From Octopus vulgaris (taxonomy: Eukaryota): DNA of 64,000 nt. A program made the position numbers and the translations under genes. Positions within the stretch are counted from its first letter, which is position 1, and every line of letters begins with the position of its first letter. Under the pieces are notes generated by a model. The model was not told the DNA's origin and searched no databases. It saw nothing but the letters and a program-made list of their open reading frames with translations. The stretch is from positions 75,950,001 through 76,014,000 of the forward strand of contig OX597818.1 of NCBI GenBank assembly GCA_951406725.2, written 5' to 3'. Below, piece after piece: positions 1 through 11,226 of this stretch.

Positions 1-216
1 ATAAGCACTGCAGTTATGCTCTTGGCATTTTTACAGCAAATTATGCTGATCAGTCAGAACATCACATCACAAGAGTTGCATCAGGCATTGGTGCGCAAGA
101 AAACCTTCTGTGGTATTTATGCTTATAATAACGTTCACAACAAGGGTTTTTTACGCAACTGGATGGAGTTTATTTTTAGACCATCTCGGAGTATTTCACA
201 GAAGATTCCCATGTAA
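1..216 (+). CDS. ZDHHC23: 3' end of last coding exon of a DHHC palmitoyltransferase, ZDHHC23-like (5' part outside window)
   Basis: Frame 1 is open from base 1 to TAA 214-216: ...LQQIMLISQNITSQELHQALVRKKTFCGIYAYNNVHNKGFLRNWMEF. This contains the TTxE-like motif (NITSQE) and the PaCCT motif (HNKGFLRNW), and closely resembles the ZDHHC23 C-terminus as I recall it (NISYNVTERE.QQAL...LCG...YNRGFLRNW). Confidence 0.8.
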   Translation: MSTAVMLLAFLQQIMLISQNITSQELHQALVRKKTFCGIYAYNNVHNKGFLRNWMEFIFRPSRSISQKIPM

Positions 217-362
217 ACATTTTTTTAAATATGTGTGTGCGTGTGGCAGGGGTGGGGAGGGTATGCGTATATATTTATATATATGTAGGTATATATATCT
301 ATGTATACGTGTGTGTATGTATATGCATATATGTGTGTGTGTGTATGATGATTATGTGTGTG

Positions 363-394
<32 letters not shown>

Positions 395-445
395 GATAAA
401 TGAAAAGAATGGAGTCGAACAAAGATTTTAACAAAATTCCTTTAC

Positions 446-526
446 TTTCGACATATGTTTCGAAGACTGCATACTCTTAATTTCGAAGGAATGAAGGTTG
501 CATTATGCCGTCTTCTCATCAGGAAA
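446..526 (-). ncRNA. Mirror-copy hammerhead ribozyme in the left arm of the inverted repeat
   Basis: Reverse complement reads TTTC-CTGATGA-GAAGAC...GTCTTC-GAAA-CATATG-TC-GAAA, with the same core as the right arm. Confidence 0.8.
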
Positions 527-693
527 TACAAGGAACCTCTATCAGCCTCAAGACAAACAAAAGCTTCTTACCGTCTGCCTACATGGTTTCCACAGTGATA
601 ATTTTAAATAAATACTCATTATCACTGTGGAAATCATGTAGGCAGACGGTAAGAAGCTTTTGTTCGTCTTGAGGCTGATAGAAGTTCTTTGTA

Positions 694-774
694 TTTCCTG
701 ATGAGAAGACGGCATAATGCAACCTTCATTCTTTCGAAATTAAGAGTATGCAGTCTTCGAAACATATGTCGAAA
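694..774 (+). ncRNA. Minimal type I hammerhead ribozyme
   Basis: TTTC-CTGATGA(698-704)-GAAGAC...GTCTTC-GAAA(759-762)-CATATG-TC^GAAA. Full core, 6-bp stem II, palindromic stem III, GUC cleavage triplet (cut after 770), stem I TTTC/GAAA. Confidence 0.85.
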
Positions 775-969
775 GTAAAGGAATTTTGTTAAAATCTTCG
801 TTCGACTCCATTCTTTTCATTTATTCATATAAAAAAACACACAAATTTCCACACACGAAAACGGGGTTCGGCCCTTGGCATGTAACTTCAACCGTGTTTT
901 ACTGACGTGAATTTGCTACCCAGGTATCGATTAACCGAATTATCCATACTAGGATAATTCATTCATCTA

Positions 970-1039
<70 letters not shown>

Positions 1040-1041
<2 letters not shown>

Positions 1042-1230
1042 TCATCATCACTATTTAACATTTGTTTTCCATGCTGGCATGGGTTGGGCAGTTTGACAGG
1101 AACTTGCAAGGTGAGAAGACTGCACCAAGCTCTATTGTCTGCTTTGGCATGGTTTCTATAGCTGGATGCCCTTTCCAATGCCAACCACTTTACAGGGTGT
1201 ACTGGGTGCTTTTTACATGTCACCAGCACT
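1040..1230 (-). mobile_element. Short RTE 3'-UTR/tail-derived repeat
   Basis: (CAT)n tail plus TTTCCATGCTGGCATGGGTTGG...GGATGCCCT...CCAACCAC, matching the 3' ends of the RTE copies at 15140 and 47400-47565. Further copies near 9987, 21700, 42720, 48950, 51200 and 54745. Confidence 0.7.
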
Positions 1231-1959
1231 GGTAATTTGCAAAACTACCTCCTCCTCTCTTAATTGGGAGGGGGAGTAGTATTGAGGGAGGTGACTTTGT
1301 GCCAGTTGATGAGAGGTTAAAATATAACAGAGGGATAGAGGTAGGTGTCTTGCTGTAGAGGAGATACCTGGACACCCCAGTTGGAAAAGAAAGGAGAGAA
1401 AGGGAGAAAAAGATAGATAGATGGATAGGAAGATAGATAAATACATAGAGAGAGAGAGAGAGTGAGAGAGAGATGATGATGATGGTGGATATGTGTTGAG
1501 ATATGCCCTTAAAGTACAGTGGGAGGTGAATATAAGTGAAGTGGTACTGGACAGGGTGAGTGGGCAGGAAGGGTAGAGAGGGAAGTATCACAAAAGTGTT
1601 AGGAGAGATTGGGTTGAGATGACTATAGCAAGGGATGCAAATGATGGTGGGGGATATAGGAGTGGCTCAGGGAAGTTATGGTAGATATTTGAAGCCATTG
1701 AGAGTGATAGCAAATAAGAGAAGTATTAATGATGGAGTATAGCAGAGAGGAGAGAGAGCAATGGCAGAAGGCACAGAAAGGACGTGATTCGTGGAAATAG
1801 TTGGCAGGAAGATAATCAGAAATGAAATTCTGCTCTCAGGTGATTAAAGCAGTTGAGTAAAACTATAGATAGATAAATAATGAATTAGAGGATGAGATGT
1901 GGGGGAAATGCTTGATGGGTTAGAGAGAGTGGAGGTGGGGCAAGACCCTACATGTACAA

Positions 1960-3240
1960 ACATTACCAAGCTGGTTTTAGGATATCTTTTCTGCTCTAAT
2001 GGACAGGTCTTCTTGAGCACAGCAAAACCCCAAGCATCTTGGTCCTTTGTCATCTCCCCCATAAGACTCAGTATCTTGAGATTGGCCTTCAATACCGTCA
2101 TGCCTTCATGAGTCTTTCTCTTCCACAAATTCCATCCACTTTAAACAATTAGCATTTCTTTATGCAACTATTCCTCATCCATATGCATCACATGGCCAAA
2201 CTAGCATAGTCTTCTCTCTTGATCACTACATCTGATTCTTTTATGCCTAGCTTTTCCCTCAGCACACCAGCACTTTGTCATACATGAACTTTGTCCATTG
2301 TGCATTTAATTGAGCATACTAGCTTCATTCCTCTTTAGACTTTACACAGCTTCTGCATTTAGGGCCCATGTCTCACTACCATATAGCATTGCTGTTCATA
2401 CACAAGCATTATATAATCTTCCTTTCACTCAGAGAGAGAGAGAGACCTTTTGTTGTCAATAGAGGTAAAAGCTCTCTGATTATAATGCTGCTACACCAGT
2501 CATTGGGGCTGACACCTTCCTGAATAACTTGATTAACTATACAGGTGACCAGACTGTAATCCTACACCACCAGATATTTTAAGCATTTCAGCCGTAATTC
2601 CCAATGGACTAGTGGCTTTCCCTGTCTTCATATCCTCAATTGCCTAATCTATGTTACTGATGTCAACTAGAATAGCTAATCTCTCTGTTGGATTCACATT
2701 GGAGAGACTCCCTTTCTCTCATTCATTCTCTACATTTAATAACCTTTCATAGTAACACTTTCATGCCTCCTTCCTTTCAGAGTCACTAAGTGCAAGCATA
2801 CCATTATCCATCTGTGCACACTTCTCTCCCATAACATCTTGATTCTCTGTGATACAGTCTAGCAATCTGGAACATCACAAGTCTCTGATTTTCATGCTAT
2901 ATGACATTGACAAACTTCTTCCTTTCTGCATCCGCCATTGTTAGATGAATCTGTAGCCTATCTTCCCTCCTAGTTACTTGATACAACTCTTTGTTGCTCC
3001 CCTTTTCTAGTTTTTTTTTTCCAAGTTCATCTCTTTGTCTTTATGACCCTGTCTATCTTACTGTTCCACCACCATATCATCTACAGTTTGGTTGAAACTT
3101 TGCTCCAACTACAGATTTGATGTGCAGCCTTCAGAAGGTGTTCCCATAAGAACTTCCAGTTGGACTCTATGTTATATGTCACTATCACCTCCTCTTTCCC
3201 AACAGATACTTTAATCAGAAGGTCTCTGAATCACTATAGT
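1960..3240 (-). mobile_element. Degraded RTE-clade LINE fragment
   Basis: Minus strand encodes decayed RTE segments (LSLMGEMTKDQDAW; GRLYNACV..AMLYGSETWA; tether region) homologous to the 15140-19535 copy, with many stops and indels. Confidence 0.7.
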
Positions 3241-3474
3241 ATACACACACACATTTTTGTGTGTAAACATATGTAATTATATATGCATATAAAATGCCAA
3301 GGCTGGTTCCTTCAGATGGTCTGTTTTATGATAAATTTCCTTTAACTCTCATCTGATGTTAGTTTTTTTCCTGGCTACTTTGAGTGTAAAGTACAATATT
3401 GATAATTAAGAGAATGAGGAATTTGAACATTCAAATTTTATGTTTATTTACAGTTGGTTTATTCATAATTGTCT

Positions 3475-3925
3475 GACATGTGTTTCGATTGCATTAATTC
3501 TTTTATTCTTTTACTTGTTTCAGTCATTTGACTGCGGCCATGCTGGAGCACCGCCTTTAGTCGAGCAAATCGACCTTAGGACTTATTCTTTGTAAACCTA
3601 GTACTTATTCTATCAGCCTCTTTTGCTGAACTGCTAAGTTACGGGGACATAAACACACCAGCATCAGTTGTCAAGCGATGTTGGGGGGACAAACACACAC
3701 ACACACATATATACACACACATATATACGACGGGCTTCTTTCAGTTTCCGTCTATCACAAGGCTTTGGTCGGCCCGAGGCTATAGTAGAAGACACTTGCC
3801 CAAGGTGCCATGCAGTGGGACTGAACCTGGAACCATGTGGTTGGTAAGCAAGCTACTTACCACACAGCCACTCCTGCACTTATTTATGTGCAACGATTTA
3901 TGCATAATTAGTACAATCCCTTCAG
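3475..3925 (-). ncRNA. Decayed hammerhead motif split by a SINE insertion
   Basis: Minus strand: CTGAAGG-GATTGTA (3925-3912) ... [SINE] ... TGCAATC-GAAA-CACATG-TC (3493-3475). Stem II is 7 bp including one G-U. Core A9 is mutated and stem I is poor. Confidence 0.45.
3505..3876 (-). mobile_element. tRNA-derived CORE-type SINE
   Basis: Minus strand starts AGGAGTGGCTGTGTGGTAAG with a B-box-like GGTTCAGTCCC and CORE-like CCTTGGGCAAGTG, then an internal (CA)n and a GTCAAATGACTGAAACAAGTAAAAGAATA tail. Near-identical copy at 61775-62216. Confidence 0.8.
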
Positions 3926-5334
3926 GCTGTATAAACATGACATTGTTCAAAGAGGAATTATCCTCCATTATTAGTTTGAACTAGTCTTGGTAGCAGTAGT
4001 AGTAAACCATGATGTTCATCGATGAGCTGTTTTTCACAACTCACAACTACCATAATGCATAAATCACTGCATATAAATATGCAACAATATTGAAACACAT
4101 ATCAGACAATTATGAATAAACCAACTGTAAATAAACATGAAGTTTGAATGTGCAAATTCATCATTCTCCTTATTATCAGTATGTATATATCTATAAATAC
4201 ACACACACATTTTTGTGTATGTTTTGCTGTACGTAAACATATGTAATTATATATGCATATATGTTTGTGTATGTGTGTATGTATGTGTGTGTAGGTATGT
4301 ATGTATGTGTGTGTGTGTGTGCATATGCATACATATATATTTATGCACATATTTATATAATGTGTCTATTTTCCTATGAATCTATTTATTCTTTGTATAA
4401 TGGACATAAAAATATTATTTGTGTGATAAATGCAATTCTTTTAATTACTTTATTATATTTTAATTAACTTTATTATATTTGATAAACATCATTGAAGATC
4501 TGCAACAGATTATTATGAAAGACAGTTATAATACTTCCATTGTAAAACCATTGACCTGATATTTGAAATATGTATATAGCTATATTTTGTATAAAAACAG
4601 AACTCCATAACAATTATATACTTAATAAACATTCAGTGATATCAAAATTATGGCTTTTACTTTTCTTTGTATGCAGAAATAAGTCGTTTTCTTTTCTAAG
4701 AATTGTGTAGGCCCAAACTTCTTTTTTGTGCTGGTCACTCTCATCAATAATAAATGTATTGCTATCCATTTTGCTGATTCCATAACAGTAGTTTAGTATG
4801 GGTCTTGGCTGCCTCCTGATTGCTTGCTACCATCCTTGACCCATTACCATTTAAACAGGCCATATTGGGCCCAGATATTCTACTTGTTTTATGTTCAAAC
4901 TGACCAGATCTGACCTTTCACTCCTACCCTTTAGAATGATATTCATTCTAAAGATAAGCAATCATATCATCAAAATCTCAAAGCTACAAGATAAAGCATG
5001 CTTCATTCAAAATGTGTATAAATAAGCATTACATTTGACAGAGTAATATGAATGCTAAAGGTGAAATGGAATATTCTTTCAACTATATTATATGCATGTA
5101 TATAAATGCCACCCTGTGCAGTCCACATACTTGAAGCTGTGCCAGTGTTCCATAATCTGTCTGCTTGTCTCTGCTTATCTCTTTCTTCCCAGTCTCAACA
5201 CCATTCACAATAATTGAATCCTTTTATTATATACTAGCAGAGATACCCGGTGTTGCCCATGTTACATTCAATTGAAGAATTAGACTTTTCTGTTATGAAC
5301 TGGAATATCTATGTTTCGAATTTCATCAAGAAGT

Positions 5335-5820
5335 GAGCAGCTAATGTGTATCTCAGTCAAGAAGTGACTATAAAGTGAGAGATGGAGAATGAGATCTTGC
5401 AAAGGGTAAGAGCAGGATGGAGAGCATTCAACTCAACGAAGGATGTGCTGAAGGCAAACCTAGACAAGGCAACTCATGCCAATCTCTTCAACAGCTCAGT
5501 CTTGCCGGCAATACTATATGCATGTGAGACTTGGTCCTTGATAAAAAGAGAGCAACACCTGCTTACAGTGCAGAGAGCCATGGAAAGGTTGATGTTGGGA
5601 ATCTAGCTAAAAGATCACATCTGGAACAAGGATATCGTCACAGAATACCACTACACAAAGCTATGATGAGCCAGTCATGTCGCAAGGTCTACAGACAATC
5701 AGTGGACCTGTGCAGAAACCACTCGGAAGACCTCCAACCAGGTGGGAAGATGATTTAAAAAAGATATTTGGAACAATGTGGAGAATGGTGAAAGCACAAT
5801 GGGAATGGAACAAATGCTGT
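5335..5820 (+). mobile_element. RTE-like LINE 3' RT fragment (second family)
   Basis: MENEILQRVRAGWRAF...LFNSSVLPAILYACETWSL...QRAMERLMLGI is the typical RTE thumb region; frameshifted. Confidence 0.7.
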
Positions 5821-6479
5821 GGCTAATTTCTAAATGGTTTTGCTGTCGTGATTTCTTTATCCATCAGTTTCTAAGATAGAGACACGAGTAAAATTAATAA
5901 TAGAGAAATGAAAATAAAACTTTGGAAACAGCAATACCACCATAACTTACGTGGAAAGACTTGAAAGTCAATGTAAGATCGTAATACTTCATGTAAAGTA
6001 AATATAACAAATAATCCAGAATCCTTGTCTAGTGCCAGATCAATCCCAAAATCTAATCAGTTTGTGCCAGTCATGAGGCCAAACATCCCTGAAAGTTTCA
6101 TCTGAATCCATCCAGCAAAGGTGGAGGTAATAATAATGATGGTCACTCCTGTCAATTTTGACATATGAGTGTTTGAAGGATCAAAAATAAGAGATGCTGA
6201 ATCTATTTGCGATGGAAGTGTAAATGGAATTTGAATCCATGTATGGATTTTGCTATGATGGTTTTGATTTTACTTGGGATTGGACAAATGTGTTTGTTAA
6301 TTGCAGGATATAATTCTTTTCTTACTCTGTTTCTTAAACTCAAATTGTTTAGATGTATCATGATACATTCTACATCACTCTGACCTAGGCAATAAATGAA
6401 GCTGTAGGGATTTTAGTGATTGCTTCAACTTATCCTTATATGTAAGGATGGGTCTTCCTTTACCATGGAACCCTTTTAT

Positions 6480-6935
6480 TTGTTAGCCATACAAAAGAAT
6501 TTTTGGAATGCAATCATCTTGCATTTGAACATGTCCTGCCTGTCTGACCTGAATTCTCAATAGCATGCTTTCAATACTGGAGCTATCACATTTCCCTAAA
6601 ATTTTGACATTCAATATCTTATTTTGCAATTTTATATTGCACAAACAGCACATGTGAAAAGTTTCAAATTTCTTTATATATCTGTAGTAGGGAGTCCTTG
6701 CTTGTCCCATAAAAATGTGTGCTAAAAATTACTAGGTTTGTATCCACTTATTTTAGTTTTCAAACTGACACTGTGTTCATCCCATAAACAATGGGAAAGT
6801 TTTCCAAAAGTACTTGTAGCCTTAGATATTCTAATAATGACTTTGTTATCAAGAGTACTCTTAAAGTATGTTGAGCATAGGTAGAAAAATTCTTGCTGAT
6901 TCTTAACTGCATCAATAAGCATGTAGCAAACAGTA
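6480..6935 (-). mobile_element. RTE/BovB-like LINE fragment
   Basis: FFYLCSTY..LDNKVIIRISKATSTFGKL, FETFHMCCL, AGHVQMQDDCIPKILLYG. Confidence 0.7.
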
Positions 6936-6939
6936 TACA

Positions 6940-8171
6940 CAGTACTGTGCAAAAGTCTTCAGCCACTTCAAACTATTGTAAATTTCTACTAATTGCCAAC
7001 TTACAAGTGGATGCTTCACATTGTGTTTTTTACAGATGAAACATCTGTCTTGTTGGAGTCATTTCCATACTTAATCATTATATTTTGTAGTTGGGATTCT
7101 AAATGAGAGGGGAAGATGCAAGATGACCACCAAAAGTGGCCGTGCAAATGTTTTCAGCTACCTCACATAAACCAATCAAGATACAGGGTTTTAAAACAGA
7201 AAAATATCACTATTCAAGTTACCGTCAATTTTAACCAACCGTCTTGAACCATCACTTTTTATGTATCCTCAAAGCATCAGACTCTTACCTCTAAACTTCA
7301 CTGTTTCCATCATGTAACATGGTTGTTTCACTTTCTTAGAGGCCTCCTGATAAATTCTCACTTATTAGAAAGCGAAACGTTCCATGACGAAAACAGTGAT
7401 GTTTGGGGGTAAGAGTCTGATGCTTTGGGGATGCATAAAAAATGATGGTTCAAGAAAGTTGGTTAAAATTGAGGTAACTTGAATAGTACCAAATACATCC
7501 AGCTGCTGAAGGGCAATTTGATACCAGACTTGGATGAAGGTGAGATTTTTCAGCATGACAGAGCTCCATGCTGCACATTGCATGCAACACAACAGAGTCT
7601 GGCTGATGAAGGTGTTACCATATTGAAAGATAAGCCAGCTCAGAACCCTGACTTAAATATCATTGAGCAAATGTGGACAGAACTAAAGAGAAGGGTTCAT
7701 CAGAAGAATCCACACAATCTTGAAGAGTTGTGGGAGCTCAGCCACAGAGAATGGCATCTCATACTTGTGAAAATGGTAAAGGATTTGTTTGTATCTCTTC
7801 CCAGGTGCATTGAAGCAATTATTCAAGCTAAGGGAAGCCACACAAAATATTAAAAATATACAGTAACTTCTTGAAATTAACATTATGTAATAAATTTTCA
7901 TTATAGACATTTTTTCTGTTTTAAAATACTGTATCTTGATTGGTTTATGTGAGGTGCCAAAAACTTTTGCACAGCCATTTTTGGTGGTCGTCTTGCATCT
8001 TCCCTTCTCATTATGAACCTCTACTACAAAATATGATTAGGTATGGAAATGACTTCAACAGGGCCAATATTTCATCTGTAAAAAATACAATGTGAAACAT
8101 GCACTTATAAGTTGGCAATTAGTAGAAATTTACAATAGTTTAAAGTAGTGGAAGACTTTTACACAGTACTA
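6940..8171 (+). mobile_element. Tc1-family DNA transposon, internally deleted, with long (~265 bp) IR/DR-type TIRs
   Basis: TIRs ~6940-7205 and ~7910-8171 begin CAGTACTGTGCAAAAGTCTT, with TA at the right end. Transposase C-terminus at 7365-7853 (MLWGCI...FQHDRAPC...PAQNPDLNIIEQMW). Confidence 0.9.
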
Positions 8172-8184
8172 TATCTTGAATCCC

Positions 8185-8380
8185 AATGTGGATTTCAGGC
8201 TAGGAGAGGTACAGTTCACGTGATTTTTTTTGCCATTAGGCAAGTTCAAGACAAAGCACTTGAGCAAAATACTGACTTATACATGGACTTTGTGAACTTG
8301 ACCAAGGCCTTTGATAGTGAATTGTGAGGTGTTTTGGAAACTTTTGTCAAAAAAGTTTGCCTTCCTGATAAAATGATAAG
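8185..8380 (+). mobile_element. RTE-like RT N-terminal fragment, inverted relative to the 6480-6935 piece
   Basis: CGFR...RQVQDKALEQNTDLYMDFVNLTKAFDS (RT domains 2-3). Confidence 0.6.
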
Positions 8381-8389
8381 GGTAATAAT

Positions 8390-9040
8390 AATGGTTTCAA
8401 ATTTTGGCACAAGGCCAGCAATTTCAGGGAAGGAGGTAAGTTGATTATATTGACCCCAGTATTCAACTGGTACTTGCTTTATCAACCCTGAAAGGATGAA
8501 AGGCGAAGTCAACCTGGGTAGTGTTTGAACTCAGAATGTAGAAATGGATGAAATACTGCTAAGCATTTTACTCGGTGTGCTAATGATTCTCCCAGCTTAT
8601 AATAATAATAATTCTAATTTTGGCACAAGGCTAGCAACTTTGAGAGGAGGGGTTAGTCAACTACATCAACCCCATTACCTGACTGGTATTTTATTTTATC
8701 AAACCTGGAAGGATGAAAGGAAAAGATGATCTCCTTAATTTGAACTCAGAAGGTAAATGAGTCAGAAGAAATGCCACTAAACATTTTGTACAATGCACCT
8801 AATGATTCTGCCAGCTCATGGCCTTTTTCTTTCTAATTTTGACACAAGGGCCAGCAATTTTGAGGGGAGGGAGTTAGGTAATACTATCGACCCCAGTATT
8901 TTACTAGTATTTTATTTTGTTAAACTCTGAAAGGATGAAAGGTAAAATTGACCACAGCATGATTTGAACTCATAAAGTAAGGTACCAGAAGAAGTTGCTG
9001 CTACACATATTGACTAATGCTCTAGTGATTCTCCCAAGCC
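8390..9040 (-). mobile_element. Tandem cluster of three degraded tRNA-derived SINEs (Meta-domain-like)
   Basis: Three repeats of TTTTGGCACAAGG...GACCCCAGT...AAAGGATGAAAGG...TTTGAACTCAG, the reverse complement of the SINE at 24440-24670. Confidence 0.65.
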
Positions 9041-9318
9041 ACAACCCTTTAATATTAATAACAATAATTATGTTAAAATTCCATGTTAGTATGGGTGGGA
9101 TTAGTCATTATTTTGTGAATCAGTCCTGATTCAGAGTTACTGTGCTTTTGAATAGGTCCAAGAATCACATCTACCTTGAACCTTTTAATTTTGGCATGGA
9201 ATTAGATGCTCTTCCTAATGTCAACCCCTTTACAGAGTGCACTAGGTACATTTTATCATAGCACCAACACTAAAATAGAAGGCAAGAAAAAATAAAAGGT
9301 TGTATCTAAACTTTAATT

Positions 9319-9626
9319 TTAACCATAAGTGTCCGAACTAAAGTGTGTATTTTCTCTGTCAGCTGAATGTAAGACATCTACTATGGCATGTTTCGGTACT
9401 TCAGAACCTCGTACTTTCATCATATAACAGGCTGTCTCGACTTTCTCTAGTGACTGTTTCATGGTTAACATCTTTAAAGAAGTCTCGCGGCAGGTGTTCC
9501 CAAAACCCAAGAAGTTGGTGTGGATCTCACGTAGGAAGTTACAAATGCGGAATGGAGTTTCGACATCTCCACTACTGATTGACTTGATGGCCATCCTCAT
9601 TAGTTCACCAGTCAAGTCAGCAACAC
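9319..9626 (-). CDS. TSNAX: TSNAX (TRAX, C3PO subunit) last coding exon
   Basis: Pyrimidine-rich acceptor ...CTCCATCCAG|GT. Encodes (G)[17 protein letters not shown]...[28 protein letters not shown], the diagnostic TRAX C-terminus. Phase 1 matches the upstream exon. Confidence 0.95.
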
Positions 9627-10122
9627 CTGGATGGAGAAAAAAAAGGGAAACAAATGAGAGAGAGAAGAGGGTGAGAGAGACATAAATGAGGATTGCAGTT
9701 AACATTTTACTCCAGATATGTTCTAATCTAGTAGACCTATGATCAAAGACATTCCAACCATCATTGTTTAATGTGTACTTCCATCTTTTTAAGACAGAAA
9801 GATTTAGCTGTTATTTCTAGTAAGCTGAGTGACTATTACACTAGAATGGTTTACAGTTGGTTGAGTCAGTAGAATGTTGGTTAAAAAGCTCAATGGTCAA
9901 CAGCTCATATCTCTATCACCAATAATGATACATGGCAATCAATAACTAAGGTAATATAGGTAGAATAGATAGTCATAGTAATAAACATCATCATCATCAT
10001 TTAATGTCTGTTTTCCATGCTGGTATGGGTTGGACGGTTTGACAGGAGCTGCACCAGTCTCCATAGTCTGTTTTGGCTTGGTTTCTATGGTTGGATGCCC
10101 TTTCAAATGCCAACCACTTTAA

Positions 10123-10340
10123 CCCTTTCATTACTGTATTTATTTTGAGATCCTCTTTGTTTCTTTTAATTAATTATATAACAAAGAATTTAGTAAAATA
10201 ACTTAGTTATCATTCAGCTAGTGTTAAGAACATAAATTGTGACTAAGGTTTGGTGGAAGATTTTAATTCAAAGCTTATGAAAACAAGACATTTGAACTAC
10301 AGAGCCAGAGCCGGCATCAACCAGGTTGGTAACGAAAGGG
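10123..10340. mobile_element. piggyBac-like MITE
   Basis: TTAA target duplications at 10119-10122 and 10341-10344; TIRs CCCTTTCATTAC / GTAACGAAAGGG. Inserted into an RTE-tail repeat. Confidence 0.8.
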
Positions 10341-10498
10341 TTAAAGAGTGTACTGGGTACTTTTTACATGGCACCAGCACCCACACCAATGCTTTTAATG
10401 TGGCACCTTAGTTTTAGGATTTCAATTCTGTTGTGATGAGTAGGTCTTCTTGAGTATAGCAGAGTAAAATATAAAGAGCAAGTGCCTTGTTAGCTTAA

Positions 10499-10706
10499 CC
10501 CCTTTTGTTACCATATTTCTATTGAAATACTCAGTTTTGTTCTAATTAATTTTGAAAAAATAATGAAGAACTTAATAAAATAACTGGTGTTTGGAACATA
10601 AATTAACATGAAACTTTGATGGAAGGTTTTGATTTACATCACTTTAAAACAATGAATTTCTATCATAGAATTAGGAGTGGTCTCAGACAGGTTGGTATTT
10701 AAAGGG
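10499..10706. mobile_element. piggyBac-like MITE, diverged copy
   Basis: TTAA-CCCCTTTTGTTACC...GGTATTTAAAGGG-TTAC; interior similar to 10123-10340. Confidence 0.65.
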
Positions 10707-11054
10707 TTACCTCTTTAAATCAGTGGTTTTCAACCATTTTTTTGCCCATAAACCACTTTGATTTTTTATTTTACTCTCTTGGACTTCTATAGTCATTCAA
10801 TATATGAATGTATGTATATATAATAATAATAATAATAATAGAGAATATAATTCCAAAACTTACAGGGAAAAATTCAATTTAATAATTTTAAATCAAATTT
10901 CACAATATATAATATATGTATATAATTTAGAGAAAAACCTCTATTAAACAATTCAATAATGAAAGATGTTATTCACACCATATAGGAAACATATACTATA
11001 AAAACTTTATTCTAAAATTCAATAAAGTACAATAAATGGTAAATAGTAGTAAAA

Positions 11055-11169
11055 AGACTATGCGCGTTTCATGGCTATATTTCCAAATAGATAATAATAA
11101 TCAATTTGATTTAAAATTAAATCGATCTAAAATTAATTCTATTAAAAAATATAGTCATTCATCAGGTCT
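11055..11169 (-). ncRNA. Type I hammerhead ribozyme motif in an AT-rich repeat (TSNAX intron, sense strand)
   Basis: Minus strand: AGAC-CTGATGA-ATGACTATATTT...AAATATAGCCAT-GAAA-CGCGCA-TA^GTCT. Core intact, long stem II, stem I AGAC/GTCT; stem III palindrome has one substitution. Host repeat (~10825-11175) recurs at ~43600-44280. Confidence 0.75.
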
Positions 11170-11182
11170 AAAATAATAAATA

Positions 11183-11219
<37 letters not shown>

Positions 11220-11226
<7 letters not shown>

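Larger units (their letters stand above)
396..824. repeat. Long inverted repeat (207-bp arms, 15-nt loop), probably a Penelope-like pseudo-LTR inversion
   Basis: 396-602 is the reverse complement of 618-824 with no indels and six substitutions seen by eye, all transitions. Loop 603-617 is TTTAAATAAATACTC. Confidence 0.95.

Noticed and set aside
110-434. ORFs rich in YI/HT/CV repeats here and at ~4100, 34775, 48459, 53084 and 60885-61349
   Set aside because: They are translations of (TA)n, (CA)n and (TATG)n microsatellites.
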